A DNA stretch of 64,000 bases. Source: Takakia lepidozioides. Taxonomy: Eukaryota > Plantae > Bryophyta. The notes beneath the pieces were generated by a model that did not search any database, had not been told where the DNA came from, and worked only from the letters and a program-made list of their open reading frames with translations. The stretch lies in the NCBI GenBank assembly GCA_030704615.1, contig CM060733.1, positions 6,696,001 to 6,760,000 on the forward strand, given 5' to 3'. Shown in pieces: positions 12,401-25,534 of this stretch (the first letter of the stretch is position 1; every line of letters starts with the position of its first letter). The position numbers and the translations under genes are program-made.

Positions 12401-15400
12401 TAGAATCTGTGACTGTCCCTGCACATCTCATCACCAGTTTCAGAGGCATAAGGCAAGGTAAGAAACTATGACCCACACAACCTTATTTATCCTGTGGGTA
12501 AAGAGCTTTCCTGAGACAATCCGGGCCAAACTTCATCTAGAGATCTGTGGCAACATTGGAAAGGGCTTTTCTGATGCTAGTAGTTCTTCGGATGTTATGG
12601 TTTGGTTTCTGTCATTGCTTTTTTATACGTGTGTTCCTATGCCTCCCTAACCCCCTTCCTTCCCCTCACTTATTTGCCTTCTCAAATTTGTATGTTGGAA
12701 AGGGAAAAATATAAAACATTAACAAGAAAGCAAGTAGCAGAAGACAAAAATGGTATATGACACCCAGGCAACATACCAAGTATCATGCCGGTGTAAAGAG
12801 ACCTCCATTTCACAAGATAGTGCAACTGCCCACTTTCCATAAAATCTTTTCCCATAGGATCCTTCCGCCACCCTACAAGTGCCTCGATCTTCTTGAGTGG
12901 AGGAATAAATTCAGAGCCTGTTATGACCATCTTCCTGGTGGGCTGGCAAGTACCAGCTTGCCAGGGTTCTTTGATGCAGGCAGAGAGGACACAACCAGTC
13001 TCCCTCAGGAATTGTTTGAAGGCGGATTTGCAGGCAGAACAAGTGAAAGGCTGCCTTGCACTTCTTGCCGTCACACAACAGCATCAACTCTGCTGCCCCT
13101 GCAAACTGTGAAAACTGAGCGTCAGGTATGCTTCCTTCTAAAATCTCCATCAAGAACCAATGGTTAGATCAATTTCGAACAACATGCAAACAAGGGCCAA
13201 CTGTGATCTCACTAAACAAAGTTCTTTTTTGGGGGCTTAATGAATCATTACCTACAGGAACAGTTTTGGGTCCTCTTAGGAATATTAATGAGTATGACAC
13301 AAACAGCTCTAACAGCCAAAGCTAAGCAAAATGGTGAAGGTACTATCGCATATTCTAAATAGGACAGGCACAGATCATGTATGTCTGCTGGTCGGCGCTG
13401 GGCTTGGTACAGCAATTACCAGCTGCCATGTACAGTCTGAATTGAATTTCATATTACTGATATGGCTGACAGGCCAGATGAAATTGTCTTCTACAAACCA
13501 TATGCCATACATCATCCACTATCATAAACCTCAATCGCAGTTTCAGCTAACAGCATGTACCCAGGTTTGCATGTGTGGCTAGCCACAAGTAATGGGTTGG
13601 GCAAGCGAGTGTTGGCTTGGGGTCATACAAGTGTGCCACAACTACTAAGCCAAAACTACACAGAGCATTCCATGTGCTGCAAACTTGAAAACTTCACGAC
13701 CATGTAATAAGTCACATAACACCAATTATCCAAGACATGCACTGTGCAGATAGAGATATGACAATGGAAGAAAGGTATAGTCATCCTCGGTCTCTTGCAT
13801 TGATTGAGGGCACATACATTGCAGACTGAGCAAACTTCCTCCATCTCAGACAAAGGATCCACTACCAGGGAACCCCGTTTTTGCTTTGTTGGCTTTGCGC
13901 CTTTTCCTTTCACTCCATTCCTCTTCTTCAATGGCCCCTGCAAACAGCTAACAGTTATACCATCGCTCATCTCCTCTTCCAAATGTGGGTCCCCCTCAAT
14001 ACTAATAAAAGTGGCCTCCACACTGCTCTCTTTGCAGTAGTCATCACCACTCTCTTTCCTGGGAGCCTTTCAGCATCCTCAGAATAGTCTGTTCACTTCT
14101 CCCTAGGCCCTGGCGAATACAAGTCTGCACTCCCTCTCTTTGCAATCACTCGAATAGTTTTTATCTCTGGCTCTGGTTTTTGTTTCTCTCTCATGTTTTC
14201 TTCCATTTTGTCCCATAAGCTCTATGAGCTTTCCGCGGACGTTATAAAGCACCATTCCATTCTGCATGGCTTTCTGCCCCACTGTGCGTGTGAGGACTGC
14301 AGAATAGCCACCACGTAAGGGCCGAGTCTTGGTCTTGTTCACATGTGAAGCAACCTGATCGGACGGCCCCTTCTCCATTGCATGATGTTTCTTAATCTGT
14401 TTTGCTTGACCTCTACAAACCTCATTTTGTTTTTCCATATCCTTTCCTTTGGAGTTGGATGGCTCTTTTGTGTCTTGAATTCGAGCATTGTTTAGCCTTG
14501 AAAGAACTTTACCTGTCTTGCTTTGCTCTGAACCCTGAACTCCCTCATCCTGTATAGCTTCATCATCATGACATTTGGAACCGTCTGCCAAAGCGCATAT
14601 TGCGCATCAGACACATGCACTGATAGGCAGGAAAACGAAAGAAAGAGCGCATGGTGGCCACATTCCAAACCTTTGTAAGGTGTTTCAACTCCCAAATGAA
14701 GCACATACAGACAAAGAACTAGAAAAGCAGGAGAGAAAGAACAGATAAATGAAAAGTCCAACAAAATGGTTATGGAAGGGAGGATTATAGCATCCACCAG
14801 TTTGAGCAGTCTGGTTGGAAAACAACTGACGTGCGCATGCCCAATCCACCGCCTTTGTCAGCAGTTCGGTCACACTACTGTACAAATGCACACTGGACCC
14901 TGTTTCATGTTTCACTTCCATCAGGTCGCTTTGCAAATGGAGATCCAATTTACATACACAAAAACCACAAAAACCAAATAGGGGGAAAACACCGAGGTTG
15001 GAGACGGAGATGAAATTATGAACCTTAGAGTTCCACCACGAGGTAGTCACATTGGGCCGAAGTTGGCAAGCTAGGTCCCCGGTGGCTTTCACCAGCAACG
15101 GTAAACTACCAGCTTTCACAGCAGACTCCACACTGGCGCGCCATGCCTCCCACCACTCTGGCCTACTGGAACATACTCCTACGGGAGGCAGCCTGTCCTC
15201 TACACAGGGAAATTACACAAGGAGACTGAGTAGGGGCCTTCCGAGCCTTTCTTTAGGCATCGTGACTGATACATGAGTTTACCAGTCGTGCTGGAACCAA
15301 GCATAATAGAGCTACTACGTTAAGAAAAACCATTGCGCTGGCAGGCAATGACAATTTCGCGAGAATGCAAACTAAATCTATCAATGTACCTATGTCCCGA

Positions 15401-15771
15401 AGAATCGTGGCGACGCTTGCGAGCTCGTTGAAGGCATCTCCAATCTCAGGCGCTTTTACTCCTCCTTTCGCCCTTCGAAGTTTGTACTGCTCTTCTTTGA
15501 GCTTCACTTCCTCTCTCTCTCCATCGTCGTAAAGCACCTCACAAGTTTCAGTAGTCTCATCGATAGACACAACTTTTCCGGGATACCATTTCCTATCGTT
15601 TGGCCAGAAGACTGAGATAGCAGCCCCCACCTTTATCTTCTTCGCTTGAATCTCTCGCTTGCACTTTGGCCTTTGGCCGGATGCGATGAATTGTTTTCTC
15701 TCTCTTACCATCTCTCCCCGAACAGTCAGAAATCCTGCGTCGATACTCTTCACATTGTTGTATACCAGCAC
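9490..15771 (-). pseudogene. CHD3/Mi-2/PICKLE-like chromatin remodeler pseudogene with N-terminal Tudor/Agenet-like domain
   Basis: Tudor (ISVFWPNDRKWYPGKV..VLYDDGERE, ~15480-15640); spliced PHD (EEVCSVCN|FAGAAELMLLCDGKKCKAAFHLFCL..PEGDWLCPLC); chromo 1 (IEALVGWR..YLVKWRSL); chromo 2 (EYLVKWTNIDYNGDTWE, ~11690-11740); SNF2 Walker A DEMGLGKT (~11110-11130); DEGH box (~9560). Frameshift between PHD and chromo 1; no helicase C domain seen. Confidence 0.85.
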
Positions 15772-15837
15772 GAATCGAGGATATTTGTATTCAAGAAGAA
15801 ACTAGCCATACAACAGGTCGCTCCAGAGGCAAATGTG

Positions 15838-16320
15838 CAATGTTCCAAGGTGCGATGATTCACTGGCATGGCGCTCCCATTACAATCAGAGGCAGCGGCC
15901 CTTCAATTGTGCTGTCAAACCCAACTACAAAATGGGTGCATTGTTCTGGAATTGGGTATCTCGGGAATTTGCCACACCCACCTCCTAAAACGAGAAGATA
16001 CTCCTCAGTCACAATTGAGGCTGAGAAGACTACAAACAAACTCTGCTTGCACAAACAATGCGCTGTGGGTGCCACCGCCAGTGGGCGATCGCTCCCCCCC
16101 TTCCCGAGGCCGTCACAAGAGCAAACCGGCTGCAGCCGGTGTAGCTGCTAGCAAGGCTAGAGAGAGGGACTGCAGAGAGTGCCATGGAAGCAGCTGCTGT
16201 ACAGCAACGTGTGCTGCCATGATGCCATATCTCGCAAATGATGTTCCCTCTCTCTACCTTTTCTCTAGTGCTCTCGAGCTTGAGAGCGATGGCGATGTTT
16301 GTCAGACTGCGGCTACGGCC
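15838..16320. repeat. Duplicated 5'/promoter segment; paralogous pieces at 19872-20199 and 21817-21929
   Basis: Direct sequence matches, e.g. caatgttccaaggtgcgatgattcac, aaacaaactctgcttgcacaaacaatgcgctg and ctcgcaaatgatgttccctctctctacc. Confidence 0.9.
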
Positions 16321-17740
16321 ACACGCTTATCCGACGGCTCCATTCCTTTCAAAGCTCCCCATCACGTCCAACTAAGCCGTAAGGATGTCTCCAGTCTCCA
16401 TGATCCGCTCCAGCTTCCAAGTGATGCATACTTAAGCTATTCGTTAACCAGTTCAAACTAGTTTCCAAGCAAGTACTTCTAATCACAACTTGCACGGAAT
16501 ACTGGGGGCGTCCAGATGAGAACTGAAGCAGAGCCCATGCAGCTTTTCTGGTGGTGGAATGTCCTCTGAAGTTCAGTAGAATGAAATAACACTGCTTCAG
16601 TCTCCACTTCCATCATCTGAGGAAAAGAAAAGGCAGGCAACATTGTAACAGTGCATGATGCACCCCAAGGTGCAATAGCGAAAAAAACAGCTGGAACTCT
16701 CAGCTTCTTTTTATTAAAATAATGTACAGAGAAGCTTGCCTGACTTGTGTACTGCAAGCCATCCAAAAAGACAGTTGTAGAAAGAAGTATACAGCTACAA
16801 CTACATTTCATTAATCAGATGTGAAAGTAACTCGGCTTGCCACGAGGCTGCGGCAAGCGTAGCTAATGAGTACATCTCTCTACCCCACAAGAACTAATGG
16901 GAGCGTTATAAGCCATTGAAATATACTCCAGTTCATCAGGCTGTTTTGAATCATAGGAACAGTTTTCCATTGGGGCCGTTGAACAGTAGAGATACTTGTG
17001 TGGTAAAGCATTTACAAATGGGGCATAATCTACCAAACTCTTGAGGTAGCGGAGATTGTTCAAGCACCCCTAGCCAATGTGGCTGCTAGCCCAGTGTAAG
17101 TCTGTGGTGTAAGTTCCATCAAGCGCTTTTTAGCTTCATGGGGCAGATCCAAGCCATCAATCACTTGTTGCATTATTTCCATTGTAACCTTGTGATCCCG
17201 TGTTAAGTCCTTGAGCTTCTCATATGGCTCTTCCACGCCGTACCGTCGCATCACCTGCCACATTTCATCAAGTTAGGTCAAGTTCATTGACGACTCTTTT
17301 CAACACAAATATTCTTTGTAACCATGAGGGGAAAAGCAGAACCCAAGGAATTGGATGAAGCCTGGAAGTGGAACTAGATGAGAAATAGGGGGACAGGGAG
17401 GGAGTACCCAAAGGTGATTTAAGACGCGAAAGATAATCGATCTTGTACAAGGACAAGCTCGAGTGGGTGATAATGCATTAGCAAAAGACGGGGTGTCATG
17501 CTGACAAAATCACAGGAAGAACCACAAGGTTCTTATACATATCAATCATCATAACAGCAAACAACAAAGTTTCTTATAGGAGGGGAAGTTACGGAACTGT
17601 TTGAATGGGCTCTGCAAGAACCTCCCACGTGCCAGCAAGTCTTCCTGAATACAAGCCTCGTCTACCTGCAAGAACACTCCAGGTAGCACATGATCTAAGC
17701 AGTGAGCATTAGGAGAATTGATCTCCACAGTTAGGGATAG
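16321..17740 (-). pseudogene. Partial duplicate of the adenylosuccinate lyase 3' end (last two exons, 3' UTR and flank)
   Basis: Aligns with 34904-36300. Encodes VMRRYGVEEPYEKLKDLTR...LARGA. A 1-bp deletion lies in the penultimate exon (gccagcaagt vs gccagccaagt); upstream exons are absent. Confidence 0.93.
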
Positions 17741-17745
17741 TTAGC

Positions 17746-18961
17746 TTACCTCATGTGAGGACCTTGAATTTCGACTAGGAAGCATGGCGTGCTGCCAGTC
17801 CTATACTCTGTGACCCAATCATCAAACATAAAATAAGAATAGTAGCTCCGGCTGTGGAAGTATTTGTCTGATTTTGTCGACCCTAGCTCATTTTCATACT
17901 CAAATATAACATAAGGCAATCGTTTTTCCAAGTCCAACAAAGCTCCTCTCACATGTCATCTGTCTTCCTACGTGAGTTAAAAAAAAGCAGTTAAACTCAG
18001 AAGTTAACAAGCAAGTGATCGGTGCTTGTGGCTAATAATGTAAGCCAACATGGGAAGGGAAAGTTCTCTTACTGCATGAAATAAAAAAGAAAGCAGAGAC
18101 TATCAGCAAAAAGCTATGCTTATCTGTGTGGTAGATTAGACAAAATCCGACAAATACTTCCAGGGCCAGAGCTACTATTCTTACTGGCAGTCCTCAAACG
18201 CGAGCCATCCATGCCCAAGCGTTGCTCTTTTGCCCATACCGTGTAGGAGAGAGAAGACTGTGCATAATTGTGGGCCCGCTGCACCCTGTACTCAGCCCCA
18301 TATCTCAGACTCTGGATTACGGATCCCTGCACAGCAATAAGACAAGATGTATGAGACGCAACGCTGCAGGTATTTTATGACATGTCACACACCAAATATA
18401 CAAGGAATTCAAATAAAACGTTCAGATTCAATGATCCGGTGCGGGTTCAAGAAACGGCACATCAACGTTGGAAGCAAAAGAAATTACAGCCAAGCTATAC
18501 AATTAACACTTCAACTCATGCACCATGTTCCTCGTAGCCAGGCTCAGAATGCCCTAGGCAACCCATCAACATTCACCAGACTCTCTCATGTCTTCTAATT
18601 AGTGACGTAGTAGCTCGTATTAGCTGAACAAATCCCAGTATCAAGTTATGGATGCAAAAAATCCAACATCCAATGTGACTGCATGTCCGACAAGGACTAC
18701 CGCTAAGCATATGTAATTTGATCCTTATCATACCTGAATGATAAGCATGAGGTAAAAAAACATACCAGGAGCAGGAGCTTGTAAGAATGCACGCTTCAAG
18801 GCTGCAACAACCATAGTATCCGGAAGATATGGGTACAAGTAATCCTCTGGGTTCTTGCTCTCATTCTGAATGAGAAGAAGATCCACATATATATTGCCCT
18901 TTTCATCTTCTGTAAGTCCAGGCAGACTTCCGAGTCTCGCATGTCAGGCATTCTGAGCCAT
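17746..18961 (-). pseudogene. Crinkler-like (header + restriction-endonuclease-fold/kinase family) pseudogene fragment
   Basis: Exon MAQNA*HARLGSLPGLTEDEKGNIYV..., and later VIFEYENELGSTKSDKYFHSRSYYSYF..STPCFLVEIQGPHMR, resembling the E-x-K-N-E-I-G..D..Q..Y..CP-x-F-hh-E-h-x-GP pattern of CR-REase/kinase proteins (recognised from memory). In-frame stops; truncated at the ADSL duplicate. Confidence 0.45.
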
Positions 18962-20199
18962 GTTGTCTGCAAACAAACTACAGACTAAACCCTAAACCGG
19001 AGCCAAATTGTTGGCTTCATCCTGATCTTTCACGACTAGACACTAGCAAGAAGACACTCACAAGAAACACGCCAAAACTAGACCTGCAACAAAAAGAGAA
19101 ACTGGCAAGTAATAGACCTGCACTGCTGGTTGGCAAAGACTGGCTTGCTCACATAAACTCTCACGATCTATCACAACATTAAGCAAACAAGAAAATACGC
19201 CGTTTCGTCATCTGTTGCTTGGATCTGTCATCTTCTTAACATCCTCGCACTCATTCTCCATCATACACAGTACTTGCAAAAGACTTCAAGGCTGCACAGC
19301 GACTTGAATAAGTTGAACTAAGTAAAACTAAAGCACAAAGCAGGAAATGCGATTCACCAAACACTACAAGTGATCTTTCATGACCAGACAGTTACAAGAA
19401 GAAACTCTCAATGCCTTTCACTTCATGCAACAGACATCCGCAGGAAGCCGATCTTTCACAAACAACTATCTACCTTCACCTTCACCTACCACCTACCCAA
19501 ATGCAACTGATCATCAGACAAGATAATCCAGCTGACACAGACATAGGCATCGCGCACAAACAATAAGAAACGAGCACAGACAAACAGACAACAAAAGCAA
19601 ACACGCACCTGCTGCACTCAAACCGCAGGCGCGAGAGCGAATGCTCTGGCCGCAGAACTCCGCACGCGAGCACACACAGCGCGAACCGAAACAGACGAGA
19701 TCTGGAACCGCAGGACAACAAAGCTCTGAAACCCGAGAGAGAGAGAGGGCGAGGCCTGTGGAAGGCCGCCCACTATAGACTACCAACGAGCTCTGTACGC
19801 TGAAGGCCTGGCGCCTCTCATCCGTTGGGATTCGGGATTATTAGTTGGATCATTGTCTCTCCTCTTTCACTCAATGTTCCAAGGTGCGATGATTCACGCG
19901 CTCCCATTACAAACAGAGGCAGCGGCCCTTCAATTGTGCTGTCAAACCCAACGAGAAGATACACCTCAGTCACTTGAGAGCTCGCAATTGAGCTGAAGAA
20001 GAGAAGACTACAAACAAACTCTGCTTGCACAAACAATGCGCTGTGGGTGCCACCGCCAGTGGGCGGTCGCTCCCCATCTTCCCGAACACCATCACAAGAG
20101 CAAACGGGCTGCAGCCGGTGTAGCTGCCAGCAAGGCTAGAGAGGGGGACTGCAGAGAGGGCCATGGAAGCAGCTGCTGTACAGCAACGTATGCTGCCAT

Positions 20200-21816
20200 C
20201 AACGTCTCGGAAATAATTTCAGTTGAACCAGCCAGTAGCCGCTCATTCCCAGCAAAGTGGGTTGGGCAGTCGGTTGCTGCCCCTTAGTGATAACTAAACC
20301 CGGTCAATTTCTGAGATAAATTTTTTACAATCGGTAATATTCCTAATGATTTATTTTGTGTTCAGCTATACATCCGGCCCTTATAAATATCAACGGATTG
20401 ACAACACAAGTTCCAAATGCACAACAATAAATAAAATAAATAAATAATAAATAATCACAACCAGTTTTAACCCTTAAGTTCCCAAGCGACCTGAATCGGG
20501 TCACTTTGAATTTGCAGTTCCACCAAATTTTTGCAGATCTAATCTGATGGGCCCCACTCCTGAAGCTTTAATGATAAGGGATTTGTCTAGAGTATGATGC
20601 AAAAAACAAAATTGAAAAAAAAAAAAAGCTACGACCTACACAAAATATCTTAGATCTCTCATTTACGTTTTGGGCCTGAAAAGGGCTTGTTGACCGCTGA
20701 CGCTGCAGATAAACAAGCCCAAAACAGATTGCACTCCAAAGGCCATTTTTGGCAGAAAATTAGCAATTTTAGAAAAAGCACTTCACCTTGTGGTGTGTGA
20801 GCATTACATACACACATCCACCATTGGCTGTTAAAAAATTTGTAGAAAAAAAATTACTTCATTTGGAGGCACATTTTCTATTGTCAATTTTGAGATTTCA
20901 ACCCCCATGTAATTGCATGCATAGCAAACATAGGTGAAAAAATCAGTTGGACCTGCAATTTAGTGGGGTCATGGCCACTCCGCTATAGATTTGGAAATGG
21001 TGGGTCTTGGGGCAAGCAAAATTGGATACAGCTAGGTTTCGATTTGGTCAAACCAATTTCTTTCTCATTTTTTCTTTGGGACCTGATATTTGAGGTCTGG
21101 GCCACCGTTATAATGTCACAATATCCACGGTGGACTTGGCTCAATTTTTGATGCATAAATGAGCTCGGCCCACTCCTATAAGGCTGGAATCTCTGGATGA
21201 TTTTTGGTAGGATTCTAGGGGTAATTTACTGCAGCTGGGTACCCAAAATTGGTGAAAAATCCAAAACGGGCTTGGGAACTTAAGGGTTAAGCAATGCAAA
21301 CAAGTGAAGAACATTGTATCCTTATAGAAGTTGGACCTGTCAATGCCTTCAAACCACATGGGGGCCAAGAATTGAACCCGCGTGGACAGGTGAGCTGTGA
21401 TAGCAGGCAGCGAGTGCAAGCAGGCATGGGGCTAGGGCTGCGTCCAGACTTAGTAGGATTTGCCCGCGGGCCCCGCCCTCTTGAGTTCAATATATTTTCA
21501 CCTAAACGACTTCCTTGGATGTAACCCGGCCTGGCACATTGGATTTACGCCATGTGGCGGACTTCAACGGCCATTTCCATTTTTTGTAATATAAGAAGGG
21601 CCGGAATCCGTCCAGGCCTTGTCAACTAAGGCAGATTCCCTGTCTGTAATGAAATGGAAAGGCAAATATCCTTCCTAAAAGTAGGGCACCCGGTTGATTT
21701 CCGCTTCGGCCATTTTTTTCCCTCGGATCCATTTCCTGAGGTTTCATATTTCATTCGGAAATTCTGGAAATCAGTCGGCTAGCATGTAACTGGCTGCCGG
21801 TTCTCCCCGTTGCTTG
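20200..21816. mobile_element. Non-autonomous DNA transposon (hAT-like, 8-bp TSD)
   Basis: TSD GCTGCCAT at 20192-20199 and 21817-21824; the empty paralogous site has a single GCTGCCAT at 16213-16220. Ends are CAA...TTG with degenerate subterminal similarity. Confidence 0.8.
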
Positions 21817-21920
21817 GCTGCCATGATCTCATTCTCATCTCGCAAATGATGTTCCCTCTCTCTACCTTTTCTCTAGTGTTCTCGAGATTGAGAGCGATGG
21901 CGATGTTTGTCAGGCTGCGG

Positions 21921-22397
21921 CTACGGCCAGCCTCAGAATTTTGTGTGGCCTCTTAATGAGGCCTGTCAGATGATGGGGCCCGCCGTCTCATTAATATAGG
22001 AGCAAACTACCTTCATGTAGCAGCGAGGACTTAGATTTTTTTTGGCATATGAAATTTACAATTACCTCCATGCAGGTAGTTTTAGGATTTTCTACATGAA
22101 GGTAGTTGCAAAACCAAGCTGAAACTACCTGCATGAGAGTAGTTACATACCCACCTGCATGGAGGTAGTTGTAGTCAGTGCCTACCACCGGAACCACATT
22201 CAGGGAATGCAACCCGAGACCTATCGCCACATCGCCATCAACCTACCACCAGACCACAACCTCTGCCGTACCAGCAAACCTATAGTTTTTTTCATATATA
22301 AGAGAAACGTGGAATAGGGATCCCCTATCAGGTCTCTGTCCCCTTTGCACCGTGCCGCCTCATTACGACAAGGCCACACAAAATTCTGAGGCCGTAG
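21921..22397. mobile_element. MITE with ~40-bp terminal inverted repeats
   Basis: ctacggcc(ag)cctcagaattttgtgtggcc at left; ggccacacaaaattctgaggccgtag at right; internal AACTACC..CATG..GGTAGTT motifs. Confidence 0.75.
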
Positions 22398-22743
22398 GCC
22401 ACAAGTACTACGCACATGAGGGGGTGGCCAAGGCTGATCAGCCAACAAATCAGCCTTGACCGAGCGGATGTTGGGGGCGGATATGGGCCCACGAGTCATC
22501 TGCTGGGTGAACCGCTGGGTGAACTCGGGCAAGAATTTAGGGGAGCCATCTTGGTCGTCTCTCTCCTCACGATACACACGTGCCAGTACTCCTAGTAGCG
22601 AAAATACCACACGAGGGTAGCATAAATTTGGTTCATTGCAAAAAATAAATGGGGAGGCTGTTCATTGGCAAGGTCATTTTGATATGGATGCTTATATCTG
22701 TGAGCTTAGGGACATTTGGGATTTTGTATGATAGTCAAATCAT

Positions 22744-23605
22744 ACCCCAAATGTCAACCCCAAATGTCAACCCCAAATGTCAAAGTAGCTCAAATTGTGA
22801 AGAAAAACAAAGTAGTTGAAGCTCCATCTCTGTTTTTTGAGCATAACAAATTGTGTACTCACTCAATTAGCATAAAACAACAACCAACAGCTGGGTAATC
22901 CAGGTAGCTTTCCAAAAAGCCATCACACATCATTGTAGCCCAAATTATCTACATGCTACAACCCCAAATGTCAAAGCAGGTCAAATTGTGAAGAAAAACA
23001 AAGTAGTTGAAGCTCCACCTCTGTTTTTTGGGCATAGAAAATTGTGTATTTATTCAATGGATATGGAACAACATCCCATAGCAGGGGAATCAAGGTAGCT
23101 TTCTAACAGGCTATCACAATTCTTGTAAGCTAAATTCTCTACATGCTACACTGACAAATTGTGAAGAAAAACAAAGTAATCGAAGATCCACCTTGTTTGG
23201 GCATAAAGAATTGTGTACGCACCAATTGGCATGAAACAACATCCGATAGCTGGGGAATCAAGGTAGCTTTCCAACAAGCCATCACATCCTTGTAGCCCAA
23301 ATTATCTACATGCTACAACCCCAAATGTTAAAGCAAGTCAAATTATGAAGAAAAACAAAGTAGTTGAAGCTCTACCTCTGTTTTTTGGGCATAACAAATT
23401 GTGTACTTACTCAATGGACATGAAAAAACATCCCACAGCTGGGGAATCAAGGTAGTTTTCCAACAAGTTATCACATATCCTTGTAGGCTAAATTCTCTAC
23501 ATGCTACAACCCCAAATGTCAAAGCAGGTCAAATTGTGAAGAAAAAACAAAGTAGTTGAAGCTCCATCTCTATTTTTTGGGCATAATAAATTATGTACTC
23601 ACTCA
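22744..23605. repeat. Tandem repeat, ~175-190-bp unit, about 4.5 copies
   Basis: aaatt(g/a)tgaagaaaaacaaagtagttgaagctcc recurs near 22792, 22983, 23156, 23341 and 23531. Confidence 0.92.
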
Positions 23606-25523
23606 CGCTCTCAAGACCTTCCAAAAGTAACCCTAGCATAGATTTCTTTTCCATGCTTAAGGTAGGGAAGCTTCCATGTCGTGTACTTCGTGCACTTCAG
23701 TGTTGGTGAGTATGATGTGTGCACGGCAAAGATGAAGGTAACATTTGTTTTAACATGATAAATAACTTTTGTTTTTCATCTAAAAGGTTGTTTTATTTCA
23801 TCTGCTTTTATCTGGCGGATCAGCTTTATGGCTGAGCGATCGCACTGAGCGAATATCGCTATCAGCGCGGGGAACAGCTCCCCACACCTTGGTCGCTTTC
23901 CGGCTCGTACGCTTATTCACTAGTTTTTGGTCACCAACGAGCTTATACCGTTCTCGGGGACACTACTCCCTATATATACTTCTGTGACTGTCCGCGGGGG
24001 TTTCACAAACAACCTAGTCATTTTTTGGCGAACCACCACGAAAACCCTTGATTCCCGTTGATGAGTCGCGGTGAGTCTTGGCCCACCCACCACAACCCCA
24101 TTGGACCGTGATGAGTCCCAAGACTCCCCACGACTCCCACCACAAGGTCTCTGCCCCATGGTGAGTCATATGCCACCCCCACTAAAACCCACTAAGACCC
24201 ACTAAGCTACCACCACTCCTCGTGGACCTACCCCTACCGCAACCCAGTGTGCGGGGCTCCACCTAGTGAGCGCCTCCGCCTCCTTGAGTGCCTTGGGTAC
24301 TCAAGGGTGCTTCAGCCCCCCTACCTATTGTTACCACGGGGCCGCGACTCAAGGGGCAGCCCCTCTTGTGTCCCGACCCCCCGCTCTCAAAACAAATGAC
24401 CGCGACACACACCCCTACCAACAGGGAGTCGATGTCCTCATCGACTTGTCCATTTTGTAGAAACTAACATCCAAGTTGTGGCGTCCCACATCAAGGAGTT
24501 TGTTTCCGTCCCATGGCGTTCCATGGCAAAGAACCAAACCCCCACTTGACTCTACTCTCCACTAGCTAGTTCGACCGACTTCCTCCAAGTCACTGTCAAG
24601 GACGAGAACATAACAGATCACAAACAAGAGATCAGACTAGAGGTGCAAGACTAGACAAGAAGTCAAGGTCGACGTGGTCGAATGCATGGTGGGTAAACAT
24701 GAATCAAGATGATCTTTATAACAATGGACAAGAGTACAAGATACTGGAACTCGACTCGAATACTGGAATGCTGGAAACTTGACTTGAGTACCGGATACTG
24801 GAAACTGGACTAGATATTGGAAGCTGGACTGGAGAATTGGACTGGGAACAATAGTAGCTTGAACTTGTGTTGGCGATACTGAAGAGTGTCCAGTCTCGCC
24901 TCCTATATATACTGACTACTGTCATGGACATAGCCCAAATGAACTTAGCAAGAGTAAATACCAGAAGTTACCAAGTTACCATGTTACTGAAAGTTACCAC
25001 GACTTACCGTAATTTACCATGATCTACCATGATTTACCATTATTTACCAAGTTACCGGGAGTTTACCAAATTACCAAGAGTAATTTGGGAAACTACTCAG
25101 GAAGCTTCCTTTGGAGGAAACTTCTCCATCAAAATACCTCATTTGTTTAAGGAAGCTTCTCCATCAAGAAACCTTTGTTTAATCTTGGAAACTTCTCCAG
25201 CAAGAAACCTCCATAGGGGAAGCTTCTTGGAGAAGTTTCTTAGTAGCCAATATATAAAGGAAACGAAACTAGACACTCTTCAGTCTCGCCAACACAAGTT
25301 CAAGCTACTCTTGTTCCAAGTCTAGTATCCAGTCCAGTTTCCAGCATTCCAATATCCGAGTTGAGTTCCAATATTTTGTACTCTTGTCCATTGTTATAAA
25401 GATCATCTTGATTCATGTTCACCTACCATGCATTTGGCCACGCCGACCTTGACTTCCTGTCTAGTTTTGTACCTCTAGTCCGATCTCTTGTTTGTGTTCT
25501 ATCATGTTCTCGTCCTTGACAGT

Positions 25524-25534
25524 TTGGCGAGACT
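25524..25534 (+). promoter_or_regulatory. Self-priming primer binding site
   Basis: TTGGCGAGACT is the exact reverse complement of AGTCTCGCCAA (25282-25292), which lies 31 nt after the TATA box at 25251. Confidence 0.85.

Noticed and set aside
22744-23605. CRISPR-like array
   Set aside because: Whole units are homologous with no unique spacers; eukaryotic context and no cas genes.
24716-25325. Short ORFs recurring in the LTRs (also at 5504, 30793, 31047, 33615)
   Set aside because: Recurrence is explained by LTR homology; frames and lengths vary between copies.
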